Positions 10,531-24,776 of a DNA stretch of 64,000 nucleotides are shown here, piece after piece. The position numbers and the translations under genes are program-made. Origin of the DNA: Camelus dromedarius (lineage: Eukaryota); contig NC_087472.1 in NCBI RefSeq assembly GCF_036321535.1, positions 96,350,001 to 96,414,000 on the forward strand, in the 5' to 3' direction. Numbering within the stretch: position 1 is the stretch's first letter; each line of letters begins with the position of its first letter. Under the pieces are notes generated by a model that was given only the letters and a program-made list of their open reading frames with translations, was not told where the DNA came from and ran no database searches.

Positions 10531-13500
10531 GGGGGAGTGAACCAGCTTATCACGGCGTTTTTGTTCACATTGGTGCTTTTTGAAAAGAGGTTTTAGTGAC
10601 TTCCATTTATGGTTGAAACTCCTTAAAGCTGACTTGCTGCCTACCACATCCTTCTGTATGCACTTTGGTCTTTCCTGCCCCAGGGTGCTCGGGCTTTCGC
10701 CTAAGCTGCTGCTGACACATCCTTCTCCGCCTACTCCGCCCGTCTTCCTGGAGGTGGTGCCCGGGTAACTGCAGGCTGAGGGCTTCAGTGCCCAAGCAGC
10801 TCATTCTGGTCGGACCTGTTGTCTGTTTTTGGTAGATGTGGTTGCAGACAGTAGAAAACACAGCCTGCACTGCTATTACAGCAGAAGACTTGGCATCTTG
10901 AAAGCATTTTTCTGCAAACAACCTGATGCAGTTTTATACTGGAACATGTTCCCCAGGCAAGGAACAAAAGACCAAATGCGCTTGTCACTCTAGAAGGGCA
11001 ACTGGCAATTTGCATTCCAAGAGGGCTGGGTCCCCTTCTTTCCTCCTCCCCTCAACCTCTGCACCTTCCCTCGAGATCAAGCCCTCGTTCTAAGCAATTT
11101 CAAAGTCCGCAGAAGGATCGCACAGTTCGTCAAGCGCAGTTTATGGCATGAAAACACTTGGCAGGGGAAACAATAACAAAGTCAAAGCCACCTTGCCCTT
11201 TCCGTGTGGTTATGTAATAAAAGGGCAAGCTGCTGTCTCACACAGAGCTGGGAGAGGGCTGGGCAGACAGCTCTGCACACCCGTCGGTGCCCTTCGTGCC
11301 TTGGAAGGTGGAGGAGGGAGCTCTCCCCTCCGTCCCATCGCCGGGAACTAGGGCTGCCCTGATGACACATTAATGTGGATTTTAAAAGGTGCCCATCCCT
11401 TCCTATGGGAGCAAACAGCCCTGTGCTGGGCCCACAGTTTAGCAAGTGGGGCTTGGGCTGGATTTCAACTCTGGGTTGGCACCCTCGGCCAGGTGTCTGA
11501 GTGCAGAGCACAGACCCCACATGCACAGGGGTCCCCGTCCAGAGTGGGAACTCTCCCAGGCCTGGCAGAGACCACTCCACCCCAGGTCAGAGCTACAGTT
11601 TACTCTTTATCTCACTTCCCTTTAAGTTCAAGATCCTGAGAGATTATTCCCTCCACTTCAGAGGACAGCTCCTTACTCTGGACACAACTTGGGTTCTCTA
11701 GAAGTTAGTTACCTGGGAAGCCTTAGCTCTCCATGTCTGCTAGTTGATCTACCTAGATCATTTGGCCTGCTGTATCAGCATCGCACCCCCCCCCCCCAAG
11801 GCTACACTGCCCTTTCCTCACAAAGTGGCATCACTTTGTGGCAAGGTGTTTGGGGAGACATGTTTTATTTTAAGGCTAAACAAACATAAAAAATCCTAAA
11901 GGCCGAGGAATGCTCAGATTTGCATAAATGGGAGGAGATAAATTTGCATAAGAAGGCCAGGTGCCTCCTGGGAGGAAAGTAACCAAGAGGCCAGTGCAGA
12001 TTCCCTTCCCAAAGCTGTGGGAGAGACCAGATGACTCTAGGGAAGGGTCACAGGCAAAAGAAAGGACACAGGGGGAGTGGGGTTGACCCTGCACCGGATA
12101 GAGGTGGAAAGAAAGCAGGCTCTGGGTCCAGGACACAGCAGACACCAGATGCGGGCTAACTCGGTACTCCTGACAGCAAACCCCCACCCTCAGGAAGGGG
12201 TTGTGTAAGCAAACCGGCAAGTTGCCCTTGCAGCTGCTGGCTCCAGGGTCCCGACCTCAGACGTGATCTGGGGATTCAGGAAGCCACTGCTGGAACCATT
12301 GGCTTCAGAGGCACACCAGACCTATTGTAAGCTGCACCTGCAAAACAGAAGCTTCCCACCAGGCCTCGTTCTCCACTTAAAAGAGGGCAGAATTTGTCTC
12401 ACGTGACCACATCTGATTGGTGGAACTGAAGTCACCCAGCTGCCAGGGAGTCTGGGAAATGTAGTTTTAGATGTGTAGGCTCTGCTATACATAAGGCACA
12501 CTGAAAGGAGGTTGAAATAGATGCTGAGTAATCATTTCCCTCACGGTACCTCCGTTTGAAAGCCTTTAGTGGCTCTCCATGTGGATAGCACTGTTGAAGG
12601 GACTGGGTCCAGGATACAGCAGACTCCAGTAATGATTCCCAAACTGTAGACTACAGACCCTGGGGAGACTGGGGACTGGGAGACGCCACAAGATGGTCTT
12701 GAACCTCCTTGCACTCCAGTCACCCTGTGGACTGGGAGGGAAAAAAACCCACTATGATTCTCATATATGTGTTCACCTATTTTTCAAACACGGAGGGAAT
12801 TATGATTCAGAAAATACGAATCACTTAAAAACCTTCCTTACAAACACGTTTCTCACCTGCAGACCCCACTCCTCTGCCTGTAGTGGGAATACCATCTCCC
12901 TCCTCTCTTGCCAATTCCTATTCATCATTTGAGACTCAGCCTGGGCTACCACCTCCCCTGATAGGGGAGGGGATGCTCTCTGACTACCTCAGGCTGGGGT
13001 ACATAATTCTCATCTGTTCTCTCGTAATATCCAGAGAAGCAATAGTAATGATAATAAAATTAGAGTGAACTTCTATTAGCGTCCTTTGCGTCAGGCTCCA
13101 TGAGGTAGAGGTATGTCCTCTTATTATCCCATTCTACAGACAAGGACATGGGGGCACAGACTGGTTTCATGACCTGCCTAAAGTCACTGATTAGAGGCAG
13201 CGGTGACTCTGTCACAGGCAGCAGTCTGTCTTCAGAGACTATGCCGTTGGCCAATATTCTCATTTCCTCTCACCCTATCTACTGTTACACTTCCCACCCC
13301 GCTATATTTATCTATCTATCCATCCATGTATATCTTAATCTGTGCATCTGCCTCCTCCACAAATAACCAATGTCTTTCTATGATGTTAAAATGGGGGAAA
13401 AAAGTAAAAAGTTTTCCTCTTTTCCTAACACATTGAAAATTTCAGGATGAGGGTCCAAATTCCTGGATCCTTCCTTTTCTCATCCTCCACTGTCTGTTAA

Positions 13501-14709
13501 CACAGGGACTATTTTCTCCTTCAGCAGAGAATACCAGACTAAATTACAGAGCAGGCTACAAAATTACTACCCTCAGCTCCCTTCTTTGCCTGTTTTCTCC
13601 AAAATAGATTCTTTCTGTTGGTTGTATAAATATAAGACAGGACCCACCACTGCTTTGAAATCACGTGGGAAAGGGTATCATCAGCTCTGAGCTCTGTTGG
13701 AGCAGACCTCCTGGCCAGGGTCCACTGAGCACTCCTTGGGAAAGGATGGGGTTCCTAGGCACTCCAGCCCATGCATCAGCATTCTCAGGCAAACATCTAG
13801 GAGAGTGAAACTGGGGAGACCGTGACACTTCCTGGGCATCAGGAGGCATTTCCATATCTGCACTCTTGCCTTCACTCTTTATTACCCTTTCTGTCTAACA
13901 CAGATGATACTTGCTGGTGTTTCCTGTGCCTCAGTACCTGGGAGGCTCTGCTTACACTTGACGAGAACCCCACCGGGCTCGCTAGCTGGTCATTCCCTCT
14001 ACCGGAGGTCAGCCACATGCCTCTCACATCCTGGAAGCCCCAACTTATCCCAGACTCATCTCCCTTCTTGCTTTGCTCAAACTCCTTTTTCTTCCTTTCG
14101 TCTGATTTTTGCTCAGCCCATTGGTTTTGGCTCATAAACCAGGTATTTCCTTTTCCCTCTTGAAGGTAACTTGCAAAAGAAAACTTTCTTTAATCATCTT
14201 TCGAGTATGCTGTCTGGGCAAGTCCCCCTAGCCTGCAGAGTACCGTTCTAAAGGCTCATGTCCTCTGCAGGAAACAGGGAGCAATTCAGATGAATCAGGC
14301 ATGATGGCTTTGTAAATCTCCCTTGTGTAATTTACACATCTGAAAGCATCATTTCTTCCAATGAGCACCCTACTGTATCAAGGCACATCACCTGCAGGAA
14401 TGATAGGAAAGCACACCAAATATCTTCAGGAGCGACTTTTGTAACTCATTTTTTTAAAGACATCTGAATTCCCATTCAGGCTAAATGACCTGGTATATCC
14501 ACAACCATCTTAGAGAACATCAGTTCGATGTACAGAGGGAGTGGGATGTTGTCAAAACAGTGTTGCACAAACTCTCTAAGGAAAGCCCCCTCTCCAAAGT
14601 TGTGAATTACAAAAATATGATGGAGTCAGTTAGATGTGGCATTTAATCCTCAGCTTAAGTGGACACCAAGCAGCACACTCACAAAAGCCAAAGAGGATTT
14701 GAGTGTAGA

Positions 14710-14890
14710 GCATTGGTTCCCAGCCTTGGCTGCTCTTTGGAATCACTTGGATGTTTTAAAAAAATCTCCATGCTCAGGCCATACCCTAAGCCAATTAAAT
14801 CAGAATCTCTGGGAGTGGGTCCCAGGTGCCATTACATTTTAAAGCTCCCCAGGGATTCCACTATGCAGCCAAGTTTACGATCCACTAGTT
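14710..14890. mobile_element. MER5-type hAT-Charlie MITE
   Basis: TGGTTCCCAGCCTTGGCTGC...TAAATCAGAATCTCTGGG...GCAGCCAAGTTT matches the MER5 pattern. Confidence 0.7.
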
Positions 14891-15934
14891 GCGAACATCT
14901 GGCCCTGGTTCACAACTGCTTAGGCCCTCATTACAGGCATTGTCAGGTGTGTAGGGTGGGGAAGACGGGACCTCATGCCTGGTCAGGCTGCTCACTGATG
15001 CCAGCTCAACTCACCAGCTGCCCACTCAGCTCCTGAAGCTACTCAAAAAGTGGAAACTCAAGGTCAAGGTGATGTTCAGGAGAGGATTAAGGTTACTAGA
15101 TACCAGGGCATTGAAAGCAGGAGAGACAAGGTGCAAACAGAATAGACAGACATGAGGGCATGTTAAGTGGCAATCTGTGACGTCTTAACTGGCTCTGCTC
15201 CATGGTGGGGGTGGGGGGTGCTGGATTTGCCAATTTGATGTACTGCCACTTGTTATTCAATTGAAAAAGAAAAAAGACCTGGAAGGCAGGAGGCATGACG
15301 GGGGCCTCTGAACTGCTGGTCATGTTCTGTTTCTTCAGCTGGATGTTGGTTACACAGGTGTGTTGTTTGTGAAATATTTCCACCTGTACACATACGATAG
15401 GGGCACTTTTATACATGTACATCATGCTTTGGTAAAAAGTTTTAAAAAGAGAGAGACCTTACACTGATCATTGGAAGAGTCACAGATGCTGTCAAAAATA
15501 GAAAACCCACCAGCCTGTTTGTAGCATTGAGTTTGATAACAGCACTATATTGGAAACCATTCAAATAGTAAGGACTTGGTTGGATAAATTAAGGTTCCAT
15601 CATATGATGAAATACTATGTAGCTACTAAAACTTTATGTCGTAGGAGACTATGCCATAACATGGAAAAAACTGCTTACAATCTATTTTAGTTTTTAAAAA
15701 AGAGGGTGGATTATTATTTTACAGTTTTTCAAAAAGAAGGTGGATTATAAAACTTTGTTATATATGTGTTACATATTATGCATTTTTCTGTGCACACTAG
15801 TTTTTGAGGTAAATAAATACGTTAGGCATATTTGAGATACAAAGTCAAGCAGAAAGAAAGAGAGTGTGCAGCTAGGACCTGGATTCAAGTCCCAGGTCAG
15901 CTTATCTACTAATAATTGTTTGACTGTGGCCAAC

Positions 15935-17735
15935 TTGCTCAACTCTGGGAAAACAGATTCACACACCACACAGTTCACCCATTTCAAGTGTACAAGTTAA
16001 TGCCTTTTAGGATATTCAAGGAGTTGTGCAACTATTAGCACAATCTGACTGGAGAACATTTTCATCACCCTGTACCCATTTTCAGTCACTCCCCACTCCC
16101 ACCAACCCTACCAGCCCTTGGCAACCACTAATCTACTTTCTGCCTCTATACAGTTGCCTAGTCTAGACATTTCATATAAATAGAATCATATGATATATGT
16201 TTTTTGTGTGTCTGGCTTCTTTCCCTTGGCATAGTGTTTTCAGGGGTCATCCATGTTATAGCATTGATCAGAGCTTCACTCCTTTTTATTGCCAAATAAT
16301 ATTCTGTTGTGGAGATATACCATATTTTGCTTATCTATTCATCAATTGGTGGATATTTGGGTTGTTTCTATGTTTTGGCTATTATGAATAATGCCACTTT
16401 AAATATTCATGTAGAAGTTTTTGTGTGGATGTGCATTTTCATCTCTCTTGGGTATATATCTAGGAGTGGAATTTCTGGGTGTGATAGAATACAAAAATAT
16501 ATTTAGTCTTTGCCCACAGTTCCTGGCAGAGTTCTTAAAACCATTGGAATTTCCTGAGTGGTGGTGGTGGTGCGTTACTGTTGTCACTATGCATAACCAG
16601 CCCCTTTCAATCACACCTGAGTTTATGCTAGTGGGGCGACTCGGGGTGCGACCCCTAGATAACTATAAGATGGCGCTGATCACCAGAAAGACCGAGTGAT
16701 GAGAGGGTGAGAACTTTCTGCCCTACCCACTAATCTCTGGGGAGAGGAGGTGGTGCTAGAGATGGAACTCTATAAAAACTCTTCAACAATGAGATTTGGA
16801 GTTTCCAGGCTGGTGAACTCATGGACTTGCTGGGAGAGTGGTGTGACTGGAAAAAGCATGGAAGTTCCACATTCCTTCCTCTCTCCATACCTTCCCCTGT
16901 GCATCTCTTCCATCGGGCTATTTCTGAGTTGTAGCCTTTATAATAAACCTGTAAATGTAAGTAAAGTATTTCCCTGAGGTCTGTGAGCCATTCTAGCAAA
17001 CCACTGAATCTGAGGAGGGGGTCTGGGAAACTTTGATTTATAGCCAGAAGTACAGGTGGCCCAGGACTTGCAACTGGCATCTGAAGTGGGAGCGTTTTTG
17101 TGGGACTGAACCCTTAAATCTGTGGATTCTGCCACTAACTCCAGGTAGCAGTGTCTGAATCAAATTGAATTGTTAAGACATCCAACTGGTGTCTGGAGAT
17201 TGGTGTCAGAGTACAATCCAAACTAGGTCATACATTTTGGGGAACTGCCAAACTGCTTTCCAAAGCAGCTGCCCCATTTCACATTTCCTCCAGCAGTATA
17301 TGAGGACTGCAGTTTCTCCATATCCTTGTCAACACTTGCTATTATCTGTCTTTTTAATTATAGCCATCCTAGCAGATGTAAAGTGATATCTCACTGTGGT
17401 TTTGATTTGCATTTCTCTAGTAACTAATGATGTTCAGCATCTTTTCATATGTTTATCAGCCATTTGTATACCTTCTTTGGAGAAAAGTCTAATCAAATCC
17501 TTTGCCCATCTTAAAATTGGGTTAACTTTTTATTATTGAGTTGTAAGTTTTTTATATATTCTGGATCCAAGTCCCTTAACAGATATATGACTTGTAAATA
17601 TTTTCTCCCATTCTATGGGTTAGTTTTTCACTTTCTTGATGGTGTCCTTTGAAGCACAAACATTTTTAATTTTGATGAAATCCAATTTATCAAGTTTTTT
17701 CTTTTGTCACTTGTACTTTTGGTATTATGTTTAAG
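15935..17735 (-). mobile_element. L1M(B) fragment interrupted by a MER21-like LTR
   Basis: Reverse L1 3'UTR/ORF2 end (GGCAACCACTAATCTACTTTCTG...TTTGCATTTCTCTAGTAACTAATGATGTT). Confidence 0.85.
16480..17222 (+). mobile_element. MER21-like solo LTR
   Basis: Starts TGTGATAGAATACAAAAATATATTTAGTCTTTG...GTTCCTGGCAGAG; AATAAA at about 16942; candidate TSD CTGGG/CTAGG. Confidence 0.75.
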
Positions 17736-17868
17736 GAGACTTTCGGGAACCACATCGTTTGATCTTCACATTCTTGGTGCCAAGCACAGAGCCTGGCATA
17801 TAGCAGGCACACAGTGTTTGTGAACCGGGATGACATATCTTTATCAGAACTTGGGAATTTATTGAGCA

Positions 17869-18325
17869 CTGTATCATTTATCTATTACAGTGTAATAAAT
17901 GACCTTAATTTAGCACTTTAAAACCACAAACATTTTATTTTGCTTATGATTCAATGAGTTAGTTGGGCAGTCCTTCTGATCTGGACAGGCTTATGTGTCT
18001 GTGTTCAGCTTATAGTTTGGCAGGTGGTTGAATGATCTAGGATGGCCTCACTCACATGTCTGGTGAATGGTAGACTGTCAGATGGGGTGCCTTTGTTCTC
18101 TGTGTAGCCTTTCACCCACTAGCAGGCTAGCTCATGGTCATGTTAGAGTTCCAATTCTAAGCCCCAACACCTAAGCACTTTTCAAGTCTCTGCTTGTATC
18201 ACATTTGCTCATGTCCCATTGACCAAAGCTATTTACATAGCCAAGCCTAGATTTGAGAGCTGGAGAAATAGACGCCAGCTCTTATGAGAAGGGAAGAATT
18301 TGTGGCCATTTCTGCAATTTACCAC
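17869..18325 (-). mobile_element. MLT1 (MaLR) solo LTR
   Basis: TGTATCATTTATCTATTACAGTG...CATGTCCCATTGACCAAAGC...CAATTTACCACA. Confidence 0.6.
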
Positions 18326-18478
18326 AAGCATCTTTGATGCTCCTACATCATTAGGCTCTTATGGAGGATGTAAAAGAAGATCCTCTCCTCCTTTCAAGGA
18401 GTTTACATGTCACTGTGGGCATTCATTCATTCAACCAGTGTTTACTAGAAATGTGTTTTTGTAATTTCAAAGTAGGTT

Positions 18479-18904
18479 TGCATCAGTCAGGGTTCAACCA
18501 GAGACATCTAAACAATAGGAGACATATATTAAGGGATTTGGTGCAGGGAATTACCTTGTGCAGTTATGGGGCTGGCTAGGCAAGTCTGAAATCCACAGGG
18601 CAGGCCCTCAAGAAGAGCAGGCTGGAACTCCCGGGCATGGGCTAAAGCTGCAGACTGCAGGCAGAATTTCTTCTTCCAGGAAACCCCAGCCCTGCTCTTA
18701 AGGCCTTTCACCTGATTGAATCAGGGTCAACCAGGTTATCTAAACTAATCTCCCTTATTTAAAGTTAACTGAAAAAAATAAAGTTAACTGATTATGGACT
18801 TTAATCACATCTAGAAAATACCTTCACACAGCACCTAGATTAGCATTTAATTGAGTAACTGGAGACTGTAACCTAGCCAAGCTGACACAAAACTGAACAT
18901 CACA
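18479..18904 (-). mobile_element. MLT2 (ERVL) solo LTR
   Basis: TCAGTCAGGGTTCAACCAGAGAC...GGCTAGGCAAGTCTGAAATC...CTAGCCAAGCTGACACAAAACTGAACATCACA. Confidence 0.75.
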
Positions 18905-20392
18905 TGAACTGATTGCACAATTCTGTAAATTTACTAAAAACCACTGTAATGTTAAGTGGGTGAATTATATAGTATGTGAAATATATCTTAATAAAGCTGT
19001 AAAAAAAAGTGGCTTAATTCTACGCTGTGGGAGATCTAGTTTAAAAAATAAACGTGGGCTTAAAAAAAAAGTCTTATTATGAATGTGTTTGACTCAGTCT
19101 GGGAAGGCAGAACAGAAGCTATAATCCAAGAGAAATGTGGCCTAACTCACCCTGAGGCTGGCACTATTCTGTCCCCTCAACCAGAAGTCAGAGCAATTTC
19201 TCCATTACTCACTGCCTCTGTGCCATGGACCAGTTAATGTTTACACTCAGCAGCTGGTCACCAGAGGAGACAGATGCTGGGAGAGTCAAAGAGCACAGTC
19301 TGTGCTGAGAGCCCAGGAGGACTCTTGGGCCTAGGGGCTGGTTTGGGGATGTAGGACCTGGCGCCACTTAATATAAACCATGTCACCTCCCATTAGCTCT
19401 CTGTCTTCTCTGCACTCAAGTGGCTCTAGCCTGTGGGCAGCTGTGAGAGCTCAGCTACAGACAAGTAAGTAGGTGGTGGGTTAAAAAAAAAAAAGTGTGG
19501 TAAGGGCTAGCTGTGTTCCTGGGATGTGGAGCAGAGTGAGATCATTCTGGGCTGGACTAGCTTGGAGGAAGCCCATGGGAAAGGAAAGAGGAAAAAACAT
19601 GGATGCAAATGGGACGGGAGGGAGGGCACACGTCAGAACTGGGAACAAACAAAAGGCGGGGAGGGAAGAGGCTGGGCTGACTGGAACAGAGTGTCCTGGA
19701 GAGGTGGGTGCAGGCCAGGGAGGCACTTGAAGAACAGACAGAGGAATGGGGACGGGCTGCCAGCAAACCAGTGGCATCCAAAGTAGGGGTGTGCACCTCA
19801 AGGAGTGGTCAAGACAATCTACTGCAGCGGGGAAGGAAGTACGGTAACTTCTCCTGGATTTATTTTGCACCCAAAGAATAAGAAAATAAACTCAACTAGA
19901 AGGTAACATATGGATTAATGCCACCACCCTCTGCCTGTCTGGAGGTCAGACAGTCACAAGACAAGAAAACTCAAATTATTTTGAAGACAGAGTGGGAATT
20001 CCTCAGTTGAAGGAATGATAAGACTCATCATTTGCTTTCAGCATTTGGCAACGTCTGGAAGTTTCTTTCCTGCCTGGTTCAAGTGTCTTTACAGATTCTA
20101 GTCTCCAGTTATAATGAAACCAAGCCTCATAAAATAAATAGGTGACTTGGAAGAATCCCACAAGGGAAACCCTGATTGGAAATAATAGTAATAAGGCAAG
20201 AGGAATCAGACAACCAGAAAATGTTAGAGTTCCCCTCCAAACAGTGCAACAAATGATACATTTCTCCTCCTTCTAGAAACTTCTTTGTCCATTACAGTTA
20301 AAGTCAAAACAATGATTCATCTATTTAGATCTGAAAAGAAGTTGTTCAAAGAACTCAAAATTATCCATGTAGCTAGCAAAAATATGGATATA

Positions 20393-20512
20393 GGGAGAGG
20401 GTATAGGTCAGTGGTAGAGCACATGCTTAACATGCACAAGGTCCTGGGTTCAATCCAGTACCTCCATTAAAACAAACAACAAACAAACAAACCTAATGGC
20501 CTACTCCCCCCT
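20393..20512 (+). mobile_element. Vic-1-like SINE
   Basis: tRNA-like head with GGTTCAATCC B-box and (AAAC)n tail. TSD AAAAATATGG(A/G)TA at 20378-20390 and 20513-20525. Confidence 0.85.
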
Positions 20513-20708
20513 AAAAATATGGGTAGAAAGCTTGCCCAAGGTATAGCTCAGAACTTAATATACTGGTTAATGAAAGTATATCATTTATAAATAAACAAGT
20601 ATGAATATAATTGGGGTGTGTACTAATGAAGGTATATAGGCCAAAAATTTGGAGTTCATTGCTGTAAGCAATGGGAAAGTCTATTTTCAGAGGATATTGT
20701 GTAGTATA

Positions 20709-21136
20709 TGTAGTTCTAGGTTGGGTTCGTCTAGAAGCAGACCTGGAGACGAGGATTTGATATGAGTAGTTTGAGAGATGGACCCAAGACGCACTAGGAG
20801 GGAAGCGAGGATGTGAGACAGGCGAGGGAAAAAAACCAGTAGAGGGTAGTGAGCAGGTTATCACCGTGGGCAACCGGGGCAACTAGAAATGGGTGTGGAC
20901 CCTGCCTTAGACTTGTCCCACCCAAAGGGAAAGGAAGATGGAGTATACACCACCTTCTGCCGTTCGTGGTTGACAGCCACTCCTGGGGCATTTACTCCCC
21001 ATCCTGCCTGTGCTTGGCAAGCCCAAGGAAGCCCTCAGAATGACAGTCACAGGGGCTTGGAGGAGTAAGCCACTGGCATGCATGCAAATGGTAAGGGCCA
21101 CGAGATACGGGTAGGGCACCCACAGTGTCTGCTACT
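20709..21136 (-). mobile_element. ERVL-class solo LTR (LTR16-like)
   Basis: CTAGGTTGGGTTCGTCTAGAAGCAGACCTGGAGACGAGGATTTG...CAGTGTCTGCTAC, similar to the elements at 10089 and 61863. Confidence 0.6.
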
Positions 21137-22483
21137 TAGGCTCGTTTCTTGTTTGACTTTTTACAATAAGCAACATTTACTCTCTGTCTCATTATTCTTT
21201 GTTTCAAAACTTTTTACTTGTCAGACTCTGGGCAGGGCAGTGAACTCAGGCATGGGAGTCCCGAAAGCCTTGGAAATAGTGTATTTCCAAAGGCACAGAA
21301 AGAGCACATGGTCCCCCCAGCCCATTTTATAGGAGCTCCTGGGCTGCCAGGCTCCACAGAGGAAGGTGGTTTTTTATAAAACATTGCTGAGAATCCTAAC
21401 ATGGAACACTGCAAGAGAAAATACTGAAAGGAAGGGTTAGGGCTGGGTGTTCTCAGGGAGATTCCAGAGGTTTAGAAAGTTCAATTCAGTTAAGAATAAA
21501 ACCAAGACACCCAGCTTAACCCTCGTTGAGAAGGCAAGCTGAATTAATGCCAGGTCTGTCCTAGAAGATCAGGCCATTTATGAGTTGTGATGGGCCAGCC
21601 CAGAGAGGTCTGGATGGCAAAGGAGACATTTTGAAAGACTCCAGCAGCAGAGGAGAGGGTGGACTTCGCCCATCAGCTGCTACACTAAGGCCATCCTGTC
21701 TACCAAACGGAACCTTCTATGTGCTGTTCTTGAAGCACGTGCACTTGCAGGGATAAGCAAGATCTACTCTGCTTGGCCAACCACTTTGGTGCAAGGAGAA
21801 TTTCAGGGAGGTTCTGGAAGGGAGGGACTGCCATTTGGGAATTGAGTGCTAAAAAGGAAGTTCCAGAGCAGCTTGGAGAGGCCGTCAGAGACATCACTCC
21901 TGCTTCCAGCTGCCCAGGTGGGCCCAGCCTATGGGCAGGAGGAATAGGCAGCTAAACACAGAATAGACACCAGGAGCCCTCACTGGCATGTCCTCTGTGA
22001 CAAGAGGCTTTACTGTGGGCAGAGAAGAGACAGCCGAAGTTTATTCCTCCCAACACTGAAAGGGTCGAAACAGAAAGAGAAGCAGAAAGGGGACTCAGGA
22101 GGACACCAAAGAGATCATCACTTCATGATTTCTTTAAGTTGTTCTATCCTTAGAATAACTTACTGGTTGTGCCACAGAGGAGTCATGTTAAAATGTTGCT
22201 AACATTAGGATATTAACACAGGTGACGTGGCGGGGGTGGGGCACATTGAGCTAGTTGATACCTTAGGATCCAAAGGGAAGAGCTACAAGATACTTGGATA
22301 GAGAGGACCGATGGGAAGGAGAAGGAGTGGGCGATATGAAGACCAAAGGCCGGGAATGATGATAGCTCCTGTGCGCAGTAATGCCAGCCACGTTTCTGAA
22401 GTTAATGACCTTGATCCTCACTGCAGCCCTGAAGAGTATTAACAAATGAGGAAACGGAGTCAGAGAGAGGTTAGGTGACCAGC

Positions 22484-22920
22484 TGTGTTAATTCACTGGG
22501 TGCTCTGAGAAGCAGAGGCCAGGATGGGATGAGAAGTACAAGAGCGGCATGGGGGTACTGCCTGGGAGAGGCGCAGCGGAGGTAGCAGGGGAATACGGAG
22601 CATGCCTTAAGGTGGCGATGCCAGTCTGGTCCCTGTGGAGGAGAGACAGACTGACCTCTAGAAGAGTCAGCTCTAGGAAAGTCTCAGCCAGGCTGATGAG
22701 GAGTTTTTGAGCCGAGGGGGCCCGCTGGAGAAGTCCTGCACGTCCCAGGGATGGCTTGCACTAGTCCCTTGACTGTGTTTTGTTGTTGGCTGGGAGCAGC
22801 CCATGGGAAAGAGCCTAGGTGCAAATGCAGCCATGAATCCAGAGGGGCAGGAGCCAGGCCCTCAGTCAACTATGCTCCCACAGCAGGAGGTCAGAGTGGC
22901 ACCCTGTCATGGCTGCCATG
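22484..22920 (-). mobile_element. Old ERVL/MaLR-class LTR inside a MIR
   Basis: TGTGTTAATTCACTGGGTGCTCTGAGAAGCAGAGGCC...CATGGCTGCCA; MIR-like sequence continues on both sides. Confidence 0.5.
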
Positions 22921-24394
22921 ATCACCTAAAATCACATGAACAGTAAATAGTGGGACTAGGATTCGAGCTGAGATCTTTCTGACTCTAAATGCCACTTTTT
23001 TTGGCCACCGTGCTGTCTACATATGTATATAACTTGGGTACAAACTAAGCAGCATCAGAGGACTGAAGACAAAGTTCAGACGTACCACCCAGACTCCTGC
23101 AGCACAAATTTCTAAAATTGAAATCTAGCTGGTAACATGCCTTTTGATGAAGAGATCAGAAGGATGAAAGATTTTCAATCCTATGAAAATGTTTTTTTAG
23201 ATTCTCACCCATTCCTCCCCATTCCCTATAGGAACACACCAAATCCACAAATATTTATTGAGCACTCACTGTGCACCAGACCCCACACTCGGGACTGGGT
23301 ACACATACATGGAATTTATGGTATGGTGGGAAAGGTAAGCATTAACAAGTAATGATGAAAAATGATGGATACAGTTATGAGGGCAAGTTCAAGGTGCTTT
23401 GAGAGAGAAAGCAGGGGAGACCTAATGGAGATTGGGGCTTGGGAGGGGAATATCAAAATGTCTAGAGCAATCAATATACCAGGGAGGCGCACTGGTGTTG
23501 GTAGAAGTAGGGTCTAGCCCAAAGCATGTGTTGTTGGCTTCCTGGAGCATGACAAGAGCTGAGAGCCAGGTCGCCACACTTAACTACCCTTCTACGAGCT
23601 CGGTTTACATCTTCCAGGGGACTTAGCATATCATTTTTAGGAGAGGGTGTTATCGACTGCTATGTTTATAGCGTTTGAATTCTTAATCCTTTGCAGTCAA
23701 TTTGAAAACATATTAATAAAATAAACATACCACATTGTTCTAAGCTTATTTTTTTCCTCTGAGAATAAACTAGGTTTAAGCTTCCTATCAGCTGGCTATT
23801 CAGCTATCACAGTGCAATGATTAAAACCCATGTATTTCGTGTTGCCAGCTGGTAAGGCGCAGGGGGTGCTCTCAGATTATACTGTTGGAAGGCTGTAAAG
23901 CTCTCCTATCTCCCGGTTACAAAAATGTTTGCCTTTTGCTTGACTAACTGATTTTGAGGCTCACTTGTTATACTGCTTATTCAGGTTAAAAATCATTAAA
24001 CAAAATGACAGCTCTTGCTTTAAGAGACCACCACCTAAAAAGCCAAAATGCTTCTTGCTACTGAATGCTCATCAGTTCTTCTATTAAAAATAATTCGTAT
24101 CCCATATGGAAGCCCACGAGGCCAAGCTTTTCTTAAACAGGCTCAAAACACTTACCAATCATCACCTCGTTAATCCTCACACTTCTCCCCGTTAAACAGG
24201 GGCAAGTGTCATGACATCACGCTGTGCCAAAACCAGAAAGAGTGTAGCTCGGTGGGCAATTAGAGGTCTCACGGGAACAAACAGGGCACTCAGTTCCCAC
24301 TGAGGTATCAAGGTTGAATCGGAGAACAATAGAGTATTAAAGCTAGAATTTTCTGTAAAGATGGAGAGGCAGAGCTTAAGAGCAAGTGCTCTGG

Positions 24395-24595
24395 TGTTAG
24401 ACCGCGCTCTCCTTGATTGACAGCTCTGATTTTTACTCCCTAGGGCAAGGCTCTGAACCCCTTTAGACTCAATGTCCTTAGCCATAAAATGAAACTAATG
24501 AAAGTACCTGCTTCCTAGTGTGGGTGTAAGGATTAAATGAGATGGCGCACATGCAGCGCTTAGCAGAGCGCTCAATAAATGGTAGCTTATTATTA
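24395..24595 (+). mobile_element. MIR SINE
   Basis: Core-like AGACTCAATGTCCTTAGCCATAAAATG...AAGGATTAAATGAGAT...CTCAATAAATGGTAGC. Confidence 0.65.
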
Positions 24596-24776
24596 GGCTC
24601 AAGATCAGTTTTCCAAGGATTTTAGAGATGAGGCTACTGAAGGCAGACAGGCTGCCCAAGGTACCAGAGTTAGTTACGGACAGGTTTAACGTAGGGGAAA
24701 CAACTAAACCTTGTCCTTCTAGTGACAAATTAGTGAAAGGAGTTTGGCAATGATATTCATGACCACCAAACATGTG

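Noticed and set aside
10330..10800. Minus-strand frame containing KKHQCEQKRRDKL, reminiscent of a bHLH basic region
   Set aside because: No ATG, no convincing splice sites, no helix-loop-helix continuation, and the frame runs into an LTR.
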